A DNA stretch of 64,000 bases, from IMG/VR virus record IMGVR_UViG_3300031853_000002, positions 64,001-128,000 of that record; one strand, 5' to 3'. Both the position numbers and the translations under genes were made by a program. Shown here piece by piece: positions 25,868 through 38,400 of this stretch (position 1 is the stretch's first letter; each line of letters begins with the position of its first letter). The notes below the pieces were generated by a model. It made no database searches. It saw only the letters and a program-made list of their open reading frames with translations, and was not told the origin of the DNA. The stretch comes from a virus (taxonomy: Duplodnaviria > Caudoviricetes).

Positions 25868-25899
25868 CTTGTAAAAATAGGAGTATAGACATATATTTA
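25868..25899 (+). promoter_or_regulatory. Candidate promoter (CTTG-N20-TATATTTA) overlapped by an inverted repeat
   Basis: Near-consensus Bacteroidota boxes in an intergenic gap. GAGTATAG/CTGTACTC flank the -7 box. Confidence 0.35.
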
Positions 25900-25933
25900 C
25901 TGTACTCAAGAGTTTAATTAAACTATTTATTTT

Positions 25934-26251
25934 ATGAAGTTCAAAACACTAAAATTTCAAGAGGGAGGTGCAATGCCTCCACAAGAAGCACCAGCAGGCG
26001 CACCTGAAGCAGGTCAAGCTGGAGCACCAGCAGAAGGAGGTCCTGAAGCTGGAGGTCAAGATCCACTTATGCAATTAGTACAGATGAGTATGCAGGCTCT
26101 ACAGAGTCAAGATTGCCAAGCAGCAATGGCTGTATGTCAAGCCTTTGTTCAGTTAGCACAGCAGCAAGGTGGTGCTGAACAGCAACCAGAACCACAAGGC
26201 GAGCCTGTTTATAGGAGAGGCGGAAAACTCGCTAGACTCATAAAGAAGTAA
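25934..26251 (+). CDS. Small Gln/Ala/Gly/Pro-rich protein (105 aa), TAG-free
   Basis: Complete ORF in the standard code, followed by a terminator. Confidence 0.8.
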   Translation: MKFKTLKFQEGGAMPPQEAPAGAPEAGQAGAPAEGGPEAGGQDPLMQLVQMSMQALQSQDCQAAMAVCQAFVQLAQQQGGAEQQPEPQGEPVYRRGGKLARLIKK

Positions 26252-26261
26252 TAACTGAATA

Positions 26262-26293
26262 GGGGTATACGTTAATTCGTGTACCCCATTTTT
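26262..26293 (+). terminator. Rho-independent terminator
   Basis: GGGGTATACG-TTAATT-CGTGTACCCC followed by ATTTTT. Confidence 0.85.
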
Positions 26294-26298
26294 AATAT

Positions 26299-29200
26299 AT
26301 GGCAGAACCTAAAAACCCTTTTAATTTCGGTACAGGGAATATCGATAAAGACCAATGGCTAAGAGATATAGATGCTGAACAAGGTGAATTTGTATCTCAA
26401 TATAGTAATGCAGTAAATAAACATAGAGCTACTCTTCTAAGAGACGCTTTTGCTGATTTACGTAGACGTATAGCCAATGGTGATATGCTGAGCCGTACTG
26501 CTGATGGCTAGTACCAATTTAGTTCAGCATTAAATAGAGAAGATAAACATATGTAGGAGGCATATCAAAGAGCACTTGGCTTTATGGGGGATTTAGCTAG
26601 AAGACAAATACAAGCACCTCCTGCAACAGAACCAGAAAAGAAAGCTCTTGGTAATCTTGAAGAAAGATATATAAAATCTCTCAATCCCTCTGGTAAATTT
26701 AATACAGAGGCGTATTGGAAAAATCAAACAGACGAAGATAGAAGAACATCACTTAGAGAATTTTTAAATAAAGAACTTAAGGAAGCTGGAAATTATCAAG
26801 ACTTTGGAAATTTTGGGGATAGAGATACCTATACTTAGAGACTACAGACTGTAATGAATCTTTTAGAAAGTGGTAAAGCTAATGATTGGTCACTACAACA
26901 ACTTGGATTTACAAAGAATTGGTTAGCAAAACCAGAAGAGGAGGAAGAAAAAAAGTCTGAAACAGATGAAGAAGTAGCTACTAAAGCTTATAATGACCAA
27001 TTAACTTAGAGAAAAGTTGCTCAGCTTAACAATATAACTAACTTTATGTAGTAGGCTTCTCCCGAAATTTGGTATAATTTTTCTACTCCATAGTATGATA
27101 GTACACAATTCAATAATATGATAAGAGAAGCTTGGGCAACTGGGGGAGCGGAAGTAGATAAATATAAAAATCCTTACTCTATAGAAAATGCCTATAGTGA
27201 TAATGTTGGAGGTGTACCATAGAATTTTATAAATGATTACATAAATAACTTTTCTAAAAACCTGAATGATTATTTTGGCAATCTAGGTATAAAGTATAAT
27301 TCTATGTATGCTGATGATAAAGATAAATTAGCATAGAACTTAGCTTATTTATTTAGAAAGAATAAAGAAGGAAAATATACATATAATGAGATAATATAGA
27401 AATATTTAACTCCACTCAGTGATGGCTCTTTCTTAATAAATGGTTCAGAGGATAAGACTTCTGGACGTTATGCTAGATATGTTCCTGGAAAGGGAATAAT
27501 TGAAGAAAGTATAGGTAATACTTATATTAATAGAAATGATCTTGATAATATTTTTAATATAACAAGACAGAAAAATGGAGGCGTTATTAAAGCTCAATAT
27601 GGTACTGCTCTATAGGACTTTAATGAAGACCTGGAGGAAACTTAGCCCAAGGCAATAAGTTAGCCTAAATAGACAAAAGTAGTATCCGAATAGAAAAGCA
27701 GAAGTCCTTTTGATGGTTGGACTACAGGGGATTATGCTTTACTTGGTAGTGCTGCTGCTGATATAGCTTCTGCAGCAGCTTCTTATGTTCCAGGAGGGCA
27801 AGCTATTTCTGGTATATTAGGAGCAGGAAGTACACTGACTTCTAGTATTGTTGACTTTAAAAGAAATAATATAAAGTCTGGTCTAGCTAATTTATTTCTT
27901 GGTTTAGGAGCAGATGTAGCAGGAATGCTTCCAGTAGTTGGTACAGCTGCTAAAACTGCAAAAATAGCTAAAACAATAGGTAAATTATCTAAAATTTTAG
28001 TTCCTGCCTTTACTGCAATGGGAGCTACTCAGGCATTAAGTGCTACTGGGAAGGTAATTAAAGGAGAAGCTTTAACACCTTAGGAATGGCAAGATCTTGC
28101 TCAAGGAATACAACTAATTATTAGCGGCGGAGCTAAAGGTGTTGCAGGTCATAGTAACAGTGCTTTTAAACGTACACAAGCAGAAGGAGTTACGCATTAT
28201 GATGTAAAATTAGAAGATGGTACTACATCAAGAATAACTAGAGAAGAGTTTGAGGGGGCTAAAAGAAATGATTATAAGGGTACTGTTAAACAAAATATAT
28301 TTGGACAAATAAAAGGAAATGCTGTTGTTACCAAGGAAGGAGTAGAAAAAGCTAATAATTAGATAGTATCTGAAAGTCTTAATCCCTTTAATTCAGTAAC
28401 TAGAAAATAGAAATAGTATATGTTGAATAAAGCAGGAGATCAAGGATATTATATAAAAAACTGGATATGGCCAGAATGGAGTCCTATACAAAATAAACTT
28501 AAAAAGATATAGGAAAGAAGACTAGGATTAACATAGCCCACAACTCCTGGAGGAAATTAGCCTAATCTTGGAACTGGAGCACCTCCAACATAGTCAAATG
28601 GCACTAGAGGTAAAAATAAATCCAAACCTCTTACTGAAGAATAGAAAGTAGCTAGAAGATAGAGGGCAGCTACTAAAAAGCAAGAACAAAAAGCAAAGGA
28701 ACTAGAAAATCTAAGAAGATAGCAAATATATGGAATGTCTGAAGAGATTCCACAAGCTTCTAGTCAAGCTATTAATATCCAAAGGAAGTAGGAACAAGCA
28801 AATCTTAGTAGTCGTTTTGCTAATGAAGTGGAAATGCCTGGACCACAAATGGAAACATAGAAAAATAAATTTTATCGCAGATATGGAAATGCAGTAAGAT
28901 ATCATCAAATAGGTGGGATTCTTAAAACTCTTAGAAATGGTGGTATTATTAAAGCTGATGATGGAACTAAGTTCCCTTCTTTAAAAGGATACGCAACAGA
29001 TACTGATTGGGCTAATTTAAATTTTGGTACTAGCACTAATCATAATTATGCCGATAATGGATTTTCTAATAGAAAAGCAGGAGGATTAGGTCCATCAAGA
29101 GGTTTCTATGCTAATGGAGTTAATGGGGATTTATATCAAGATTTAAATTCTGCAAGATAGGCCCAATATAATTATTATACTTTTGATGGAGGAAAAAATA

Positions 29201-30594
29201 TATTCGGAGATGTATTAAATTACTATAATACCTGGAAAACTGATAATCCAAATGGTAATTACCAAACTTTTATATAGGATTATAATTCAAAAGTGGATGA
29301 GTTAAGAAATTTAAATAAGAAAAAATTAAATACAACTTTTAATTCTTCTGGATGGACTTATTTTAATGACTTATTTCATAAACTATATTAGAATTATGGC
29401 AAAACCTACATAAATAAAGATGGAAAAGAAGAAGTTTTTGATGATTGGTCTGATAAATTAAAGGATTATTTTGGAGAAAGTACAGCAAGAAGAGTTCCAA
29501 ACACATTTGATGATCATGAACAATTTGCTGATTTAAGAAATGGCTTATTAAATGATAAGGATTTAAAGTCAAGAGTGGGTATTGATAATGAGGGAAAATT
29601 GTTTATGTATGATTAGAGTAATGATGGAATAACGGAAACATCTAAAACAGGAAAAGAAGGTTCTAAAGCAACTGATTCTGAAGGAGGTATAAAGACTATA
29701 TTTAATACAGAATATAAAAATCCTAATGATCCAACTCCTTATATAATAGCAGGTAAAACTGTTATGGGCTTAATAGGTAATAGAAATATATATAAGAACT
29801 TGTTAGACGAAATGCCTCAAGCACCACTTCGTGATCCTATAGATAGAAAACTTGCTATTGTAGGATGGCAAGAAGCTATTAAACAAGGACAAAATCAACT
29901 TGCTGACCTTAGAAATGCTACTTGGATGTAGCATGGCTCTGACCAGTAGACTAACTTAGCAGGAATGTATGAGACTGAAGGTAAAGGCCGTGATATAATG
30001 AATGATAAGTTCATGAAGGATTCCGGAAGACAGTTTGAAACTGCATAGAAATCTTGGAATCTTGATAATGAAGATACTCTATATAATATTGGAGTTGGAG
30101 ATGCTAATAGAAAAGCTATTGCTGATAGAGCACGTATGATGACACAAATTAGAGCTGCTTGGAGAAGTGGTGATAATAATATACTTATGGGAGCTTTATC
30201 TGACACTGGTAATTGGTTGATGAAGAGATATCAACGTGAACAAGATATAGTTGATAAAACAAGAGAACTTAGCTTAGGAACTCCAGAGGAATGGGCACAA
30301 TCTGAATATACTTCTAAACTTGGAGAATTAGCTAATAAAAAAGAGGCGGATTTAACCCCAGCAGACAGAGCTAAAATTTAGGCTGTAAAGGCTCAAGTTC
30401 TAAGAGAAATGAGAAAGAAATATTCGGAAAGATATTATAATACATTTGGAACTAATTTATTTGGAGGAGGTTCTTATACCACTATGGCTAAAGACGGAAC
30501 TAAATTAGAAATGTCCAAATTAAAAGCAAGAAGTAAAGATAATGATAGATATGTAAGCATGATGAAAGACTTACGTAAACGTAAAAGAAGATGA
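26299..30594 (+). CDS. Large cargo/ejection protein with central hydrophobic Gly/Ala segment (1431 aa)
   Basis: Single frame with many TAGs. Region ~27730-28060 includes LFLGLGADVAGMLPVVGTAAKTAK. Confidence 0.7.
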
Positions 30595-32483
30595 GACTAA
30601 ATATTCGTAAATTTCAAATTGGAGGTGAATTTGCCTCTTTAGCTGTTAATTATATACCAACCAGTGCTAGTACAACTGCGGGAGCCTATGCTCCTGCGGT
30701 TGCTACTAGTTCTTCAGGTTCTTCAAAGAGTTCTTCATCATCTAGTAGTAAAGATGAACTTAACATAAAGGATGTACTCAAAGTCTTTGATGGAGTTAAG
30801 GGACTTCCTGTTGATATTTAGTATGTTCTTAAAGACTTTAAATAGATGTTTGATGATGATACTTTATTTTCCTTTAGTGGAAAACCTTCCTATTCTTCTT
30901 TAGTAACATACTATCTTAATAATATAGGAAAGTTTAATGCTTTAGGACATAGTAAAGAACTTTATGATGAAGCTAGGAAACAATTAATAGCTAATAATAG
31001 TTTAGATGAAATAGCCATTGATAGAAATGGACGAGTAGTAGTATCAACAGGAGATGGACTTGATGCTGTTACTATGGATGAATTCAAGAAAGGTGATTAT
31101 ACCGCTCTTACTAACAGAGAATTACTTGATCTTAGATAGAAAAAACTTCCCTTTGGAGATTCAGTATATAATACAATGACAGGTGTTGGCATGGATTCTG
31201 TCATTAAAAAGGTTAATGATATTGTACACAGCCTTGGAACTTCTGAGAAGAATATATCTGGATATACAGCTAAACAATCAGATGCTATACGTTCAGGTCT
31301 TACTACTATGAAAGAGCTTCAAGGAGTTGAGGCTAGCACTATGACAGTAGATGGACTTTATAAAAATAAAGCTATTACTAAGGATTAGGCCTAGTAGGCT
31401 AAACTTGCCTTACAAGCAGTTTATAATAGTCTAACTCCACAAGAAAGAACTCTACTTTCTATTCACTCTCAAGGTGGTAGTCCAACTGAAACTCTTTCTA
31501 GTATTATTCTATCTCGTACACCTGATACAATAGAATTTGAGCCTACTTTACAGGCTACTCTTAATCCAGATGGAACTAAGAAAGAAACTACAAAGGCTGA
31601 GAAGGAACCTGGAGATGAAAATGATAATCCACTTACATAGATGTAGGAACAAAAGGGAGGAGTACATACACAACTTACTTGGATTACTAAGGAAGGTGTT
31701 CAAGCTATGCATACTCCTGGAACTGAATATCCTATGTTAAATAATGTAAAGGGTGATATGAGTATTAAGTCTATGCTTACGGCAAGTGGTATAGCTGGTA
31801 TTACTCAAGGTTATGGAGGAATTACTATGGGTGACCAAGTTATTCCATATGAAAACCTTAAAGACGTTATGTATGAGGATAGAGGTGGTGCTGTTGCTGT
31901 TCTTCCAACTACAACAGATCCTCAAGGTAATAAGAAAGTGGATCTTTCTGTTCTAAATGATTATAACGAGATAGTTAATAATATACCGTATGAATAGGGT
32001 AGTGCTGAATGGGCCAGAGAACTCGCTAAAGGTCTTAAGGAAAAAGGTCTTGACCAATATCTCGAAGGTTCAGATACAATTGATCCAAGACGTTTTGGTT
32101 TGTTCTTAATGGTTACTGGTTATACTACAGATAGATGGAACTTTAGAAAGGACTCTCAATTTATAGAGAAAGTATCTAATCCATCTCAAGACTTAGCTAA
32201 AAGAATGTCTACTGCTCTTAGTACGGATAAAGATAATACAAATTATGAAGTTGATATTGATGATTGGGGACTTGGCTGGTTATTCGAAGGAGGATATGAT
32301 GATATTTACAGGGGAACAGTATATATTCCACTTAATCCTAATAGAAATTCAGCTGTATCTGCTTTTGGAGGTCAAGTTAAACATTCTACTGGTCAGCTTT
32401 ATGAAAGAAATTATCAAGATCTTCTTTCTGGTAAGATTGACAAACAGAAAGATATAAGTAGTGATATACTAAACGAACAATGA
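30591..32483 (+). CDS. Putative cargo protein (630 aa)
   Basis: Five track fragments share one frame, with ATGA overlaps at both ends. Confidence 0.7.
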
Positions 32484-35400
32484 AGAAGAATGATTTTATA
32501 GTTGCTAGTATAAATAATCCCGATTTCAGTATAGCCGATTTTAAAGACATATCTGAAATGAACTTAGGGAATACCTAGATGCTTTCAGAGGACGAGTACT
32601 TAAAAAGTAAATTTATTAAGGAAAATCCTCTCTTTTAGGATAGTAATGGAAATTTTGTAAAACAGAAATTCTCAGACTTTTATAGATAGAAGCTTAGAGA
32701 CTTTAGCGAATTTAGTACTGAAAGTTCTTTAGATAATTATCAATATGGACTTTTCGATACTTTTCGTAAAGCAAAAGATAATGTAAGACCTTTTGGTGTT
32801 AGTTTTGAAAAAGTTGCTAATTCGGAAAGAAGGAGTACTGGTATAGTAGGTCCAAATCTTCAAGGAGAACGTACTTTCTCTGATAGAGAACTTGCTCAAC
32901 GAGAAAGAGTCTTTGATTATAAAGAAGGTACATTTAGAGACTATACTCCTAATGATTTAGCTTTTACAAAGAATCCATTTGCGTGGATTGGTTCATTGTT
33001 TGATGATCCTCTTGTATTAGCAACATATGACGAGAATGGAACACACTATGATCCTATTCTTGGTAGAGAAGTCGAACATGTAAAAGGACAAAAGAAACTT
33101 AATGAAAATGGAGTTCCTTACTATGAAACTTTAGCAGGACGTTCTGCAGCTAATAAGGATATACTTAGTATAACAGACAATCTTACTGTTGATGGTTCTT
33201 GGATAAATAAGTATGATTTCTTTGATTCTGATGGAATGGATAAAAGTGTTGCTGGTACAGTTATGAAGAACTTAGCAGTAATTGCTCCAATCTTTATTCC
33301 TGGGGCTGGACAATATTATGCTGGAGCTTTAGTAGTAAGAGAAATGGCTAAGACTATGCCTATGTTATATGGTATGGCTGGCCTGTTTGATAATGATTTA
33401 GAAGACTCTAAATTAGTAAATACTATAGCTGGAGTAGGTAATAAGTTCACAGGAAATACATCTGATTATGCTAAAGAAAAGATGTTTTCTATGGAAAACT
33501 TTGCTAGTCTTGTTTCTGATGTAGCATTACAATGGCAACAACAGCAATGGATTATCAATAACTTATCTAAAATAAATAAGGCTACTAAAGCAACAGAAGA
33601 AGCAGCTAAAGCAAAAGCATTAAAGGAATATTCTACTAGAGCCAATATGTTAATGACTCAGGGAGAAAGAGGAGAGATTGCTATGGAGCGTGTTGCTCAA
33701 CTTACTGGTGCTAAAGATAGAGCCGCTCTTAATGAAATCATTAAAGGTGATACTTGGATGGCTTCTCCTTATGGAGGTGCTTCACTTGAGAAGTATTTGA
33801 CTCCTGCTAGAAATGTTATTGCTAAGAAGACTAAGTTAGCACAAGACCTATCTCTTGGTTATATGGCTATCATATCTAATGGAGATGTATACCAAGATGC
33901 TCTTAACCACGGTACATCTAAAAGAGAAGCAGCAATGCTTGCTCTTGGTAGTACTGTAGGAATGTTCTCTGTAGATAAATATTTAGGTCTTGGAGAAATG
34001 TTCTACGATCCAGCTCAGAAAGCAGAAAGAGCAGTATTCAGAAATACTCTTCTTGATGAAACTGGAAAACTTACAAAACAGTTAGGAGAAGGAGTATCAG
34101 TAAAGGCTGGTAAAACAGCAGTTGCAGACGAAAGAAAAGGTCTTGGTAAGTACTTTGTAAAAGGTATTCAAGCAGGTAGAAAAGCAGTAGAAAACTATCA
34201 GGGTGCAATCAAAGAAGGAACTTTAGGATTCTTTGGTAAAGCACTTGGTGAGGGACTTGAGGAAACATCTGAAGAACTTGTAACTGATATTGTAAAACAA
34301 CTTGGTGAAATAGCCGGTGAATATGGATTATCAGAAGTTACTAACCTTGGCGCTTGGGATAATATGAAGGATAGATATCTTATGTCTTTCTTAGGAGGTG
34401 CTATTGGTGGTGGAATATTCTCATTAAAAGATGGCAACTTTAAGACACGTCAAGCATCTGGAGAATTACTTACTTTACTTAGATAGGGTAAGGGACAAGA
34501 AATTCGTGACGAATTAAAGAGACTTCATGATAAGGGAGAACTTGGTAGTACTGAATTATCTTATAAGACAGAACAAACTTATGATGATAAAAATAATCCT
34601 CAATCTGTATTCTTAACTGCTGATGAGAATAATCAATCACAAAATGATTATGCTTATAATATACTTACATAGTCTATAGAACAAATAGAATCAATATTAC
34701 AAAAGAATCATCTTGTAAAGTCTGAAGACGAACTATTCGATAACTTAGTTCTTCAAGATGAAAACTTTACTGCTCTTAAAGACTACTTACAAGATGCCTC
34801 ATATATAACTGGATACCAGAGACGTTATCAACAACTTGTTAAAAATATTGTAGCCCAAGAACAAAAGATAAACAACTTATCTAAGTCTGATGGCGAAGAA
34901 AAAGCTAACAAGACTGAACTTGAAGAAGCTCGTAAAGACCTTACTAATATGCTATTAGAAAGAGACAAGTTCTTCAATGGTGATTATTCTCTTGAATATT
35001 TACAGAAAATGCTTTTCGCTATTAACCCACAATTAGCAGGAGCATTCATGCCTCTTACAAAGAAACAATTAACTAGAGCTATGCTTAATATTGATTACGA
35101 TCTATTAGATGGAGGTATGAAAGAGTTTATGGATAAAATCTATGAACAACACGTTAAAGACCCATCTAAAATAGAAGAGGAATTGGATAAGGCTTTTGAT
35201 AAATTCAAGTCTTTACAACCATAGATGGAACCAATCCTATCTAAATTAACAGGTGGAAGTAAACAGTGGGAAAACATTCGTAAGACTCTTGATGAAAAAG
35301 GAATCTTAAAGAATGAAGATATATATACAGTAGATTCAATTCTTCCTGGCGAGGATGAAGAGTCAGAATCCTATGTATATAGAAACAAGCTAATGGAAGG

Positions 35401-38400
35401 TGAAACTCAAGCAGAATTTGCTCAAAGACTTAGAGCTAGACAAATGACTGCTGCTGAGCATAATGCCCGTCTTAAAATACAAAAGCTACAAGCTGTTCTT
35501 GATGAAGCTAAGGTTGATTCATATGACCCAGTTACTGGAATGAGTAAACCTTCTACATTTATTGATCCAAGTACTCGTCGTTATCTAATGGCATATCTTG
35601 GAGAAACACAGCAACATATAAAGAACAGACTTATAGCAAGAACCATAGGTACAGCTGTTAATAAGGAACTCCTTAATAATGCTGAGAACTATGACGAACT
35701 TATTAATAAGGTTAGAGATTCTTTAAAGATTAAGTTTGAAAGAAGTATTGGAGAAGACTTCCTAAATTATCTTGGAACACAAGATTATAGTGGTCTTTCT
35801 GCTTTTTATGGACAGTTATCTTCTAAACCTAAGTTTACTCTTGAAGAAGTTCTTAAGAATCTTAACAGAGATGGTTGGGAAGATTATACTATTCCAGAAC
35901 AGTTAGCTGCTATGTTTGAAGATGCAACTGGAATGGAAGGAGACTTTGACTTTATATAGGATGCAGCTAAATATGATGAACTATATAGTCAGTATATGGG
36001 AGAGGCTGATCCAGATAAATAGGCTGAGTTAAAGGAACAACTTGATAAACTTGGACAAAAAGAATATCAAGCCTGGGATGAAGATTACTTCAATGAACAA
36101 GTAAAACAACTTGTAGAAAATGAAATAACTCGTCTAGAGCCTCAACTTCAGAAACTTAATAAAGAATTCCTAACAGATAGTGATTTAAAAGCTGCTAAAG
36201 ATCTAGAAGAAAGACTTTCAGTAGAAGAAAACCCTGCAGTTGAACTTGTAAAAGAGCTTGCTCCTAAGATTGGAGGAAGTGCTGTAGAAGTAGAGAAAGC
36301 TCTTGAATCTATAATGCAGCAATTCAGAGAGAAAGAAAAGTCTACAGACTTTATCTTATCTGGAGACCAAGTAAACTATTTAGAAGAAGCTAAGAAACTT
36401 ATAGCTATTACTACTGCTATGGTAGCTGCTTCATCTCGTGAATCTAATTTACAAGATGGAATGACTTATAACAAAGCAGTTAATAAGTTCCATGCAGATC
36501 ATCAAGGAAGACAACAAGGTTCAGAGTTCTTCAAGAATTTTGAGCCCCTCTTTGAAATGGACGAAAAGATTGGTGGACAACTTATTACAGCTCTAAATGG
36601 TTATGCCAACGAAATAGACCAGTGGATTTAGCTATCAAGAGAGAATCAAGCTAACAGTACTGCTAGTTTAAAGCGTTCAGCTGAAGCACTTAACAATGCT
36701 AGACTACGCTTCTTGAGTGGTAGTATGTCTTCTAATGAGTTCTTAGAGGATAGTCTTGTTAATCCAAATGATGAGAACTCCCTATATAATTTTGAAAAGC
36801 AATTCCACGATAACGTTAAAAGCGCTATAGCTGGAGGAAGAAACTTAAAAGATATATTTAAGAGTTTACTTTCACATCTTAACTAGGATGATGAAATTAT
36901 AAGTGGTATTACTTCTAATGTAGACGAAGAATTAAAAGAACTTACTGCTTATGATAAGTATATGTATCTTACTTCTTTAATTGCTTTAGATCCTACAGAC
37001 CAATTAAGAAGAGAACAAGCCTTTATAAAAGCTAATCCTAATATTGCTCCACTTGCTACCCAACAACCAGGTATGCAACTTGGTCAAGCCCTCGCAGAAA
37101 ACCCAGACGTGATTAATGCAGCACTTGAAGCACTTCAGGAATTAGCAACTGCTAAAGGACTTAAAGTTCCTGTAATGTGGAATACCACTATAGTAACAGG
37201 ACTTGGAGGTGGTGGTAAGACTAGTGTAGAAGCCAAGTATCTAGTTAATGAAGACGAAGAGACTTGGATAGCTGGTCCTACTGATAGACAACTTGAAGCT
37301 CTTAAAGAAATTGCTCCAAAGGCTAAAGCATTTAACCTTGATAATCTTATTAAGGCTATATATAAAGGAGAACTTAAAGGTACTGCAGGTAAGAGTATTG
37401 ATGGATGGACTCCTAAAATTATTGATGATTCTAAAGCTGAATATATAATTAAGGATGCTCCAAAGCACTTAATAATTGATGAGGCTACACACGTTGATAC
37501 ACTTAAATTACAAGCCATTGCTAATTGGGCTAAGAAAGCAGGAGTTAGAATAACTTTACTTGGTGATGAGAATCAAAGAGGTGCTGAATATAATTTAAAT
37601 AGAGAAGCACTGCTTGCTTATAGAACTCCTAGACTTAATTTTTCACTAAGAAATGAAAGTATCTGGAAAGTATAGAATCAAAATCAACTTGTTTCTATGT
37701 TGGACAGAATGAGAAATTCTTCTAAAGAAACAAAATCTGCTGTACTTTCATAGATATTAGAAAGTTTTAAAAATAAGTTACCTCTTAGTTACTTTGAAAA
37801 TGAAAATACTATAGAAGGAGAAAAAGTAATATCTAAAATAACTGCTGACGACCTTAATAGACTTAGTGGAAGTGTTGCTTATATAGGTGATAATAAAGAT
37901 ATTATAAACTTTATACAATCTAATTTACCTGCAGGAACTACATTTACATCTTTAGATAAAAAATCTGTACAAGGCTCAGAATTTGATTATGTAATAGTAG
38001 ACTCTGATTGGGGAGGAGCCTTTACAAAAAGTGCTGATGGAAAGTTTAACTATGAGCAAGATATAGAGCATGCTGCTAACTTTTTGAGAGATTTATATAC
38101 AATGATTTCAAGAAGTAGAAGAGGTAGTTTAGTTTTAGATAATCAATTAACTAACGTAGTAAATCCTATAAAAGAAGAATATACTACTAAATATGAAAGA
38201 CTTTCTGAAGGAGTTATTCAAGATTTTATTGAATCTAGACTTGCTTACATAGAAAATATTCTTAATAATCTTGAGAAGCCAGAAGAAGTAACAATAGAAG
38301 AACCTAAAGAGGAACCAAAGGAAGAAGAAACTTCTGAGGAAACTCTAGAGCCAAAGCCTGTTAAAAATCTTTCCGATGCTGAAAAAGAAGAGTTACAAAC

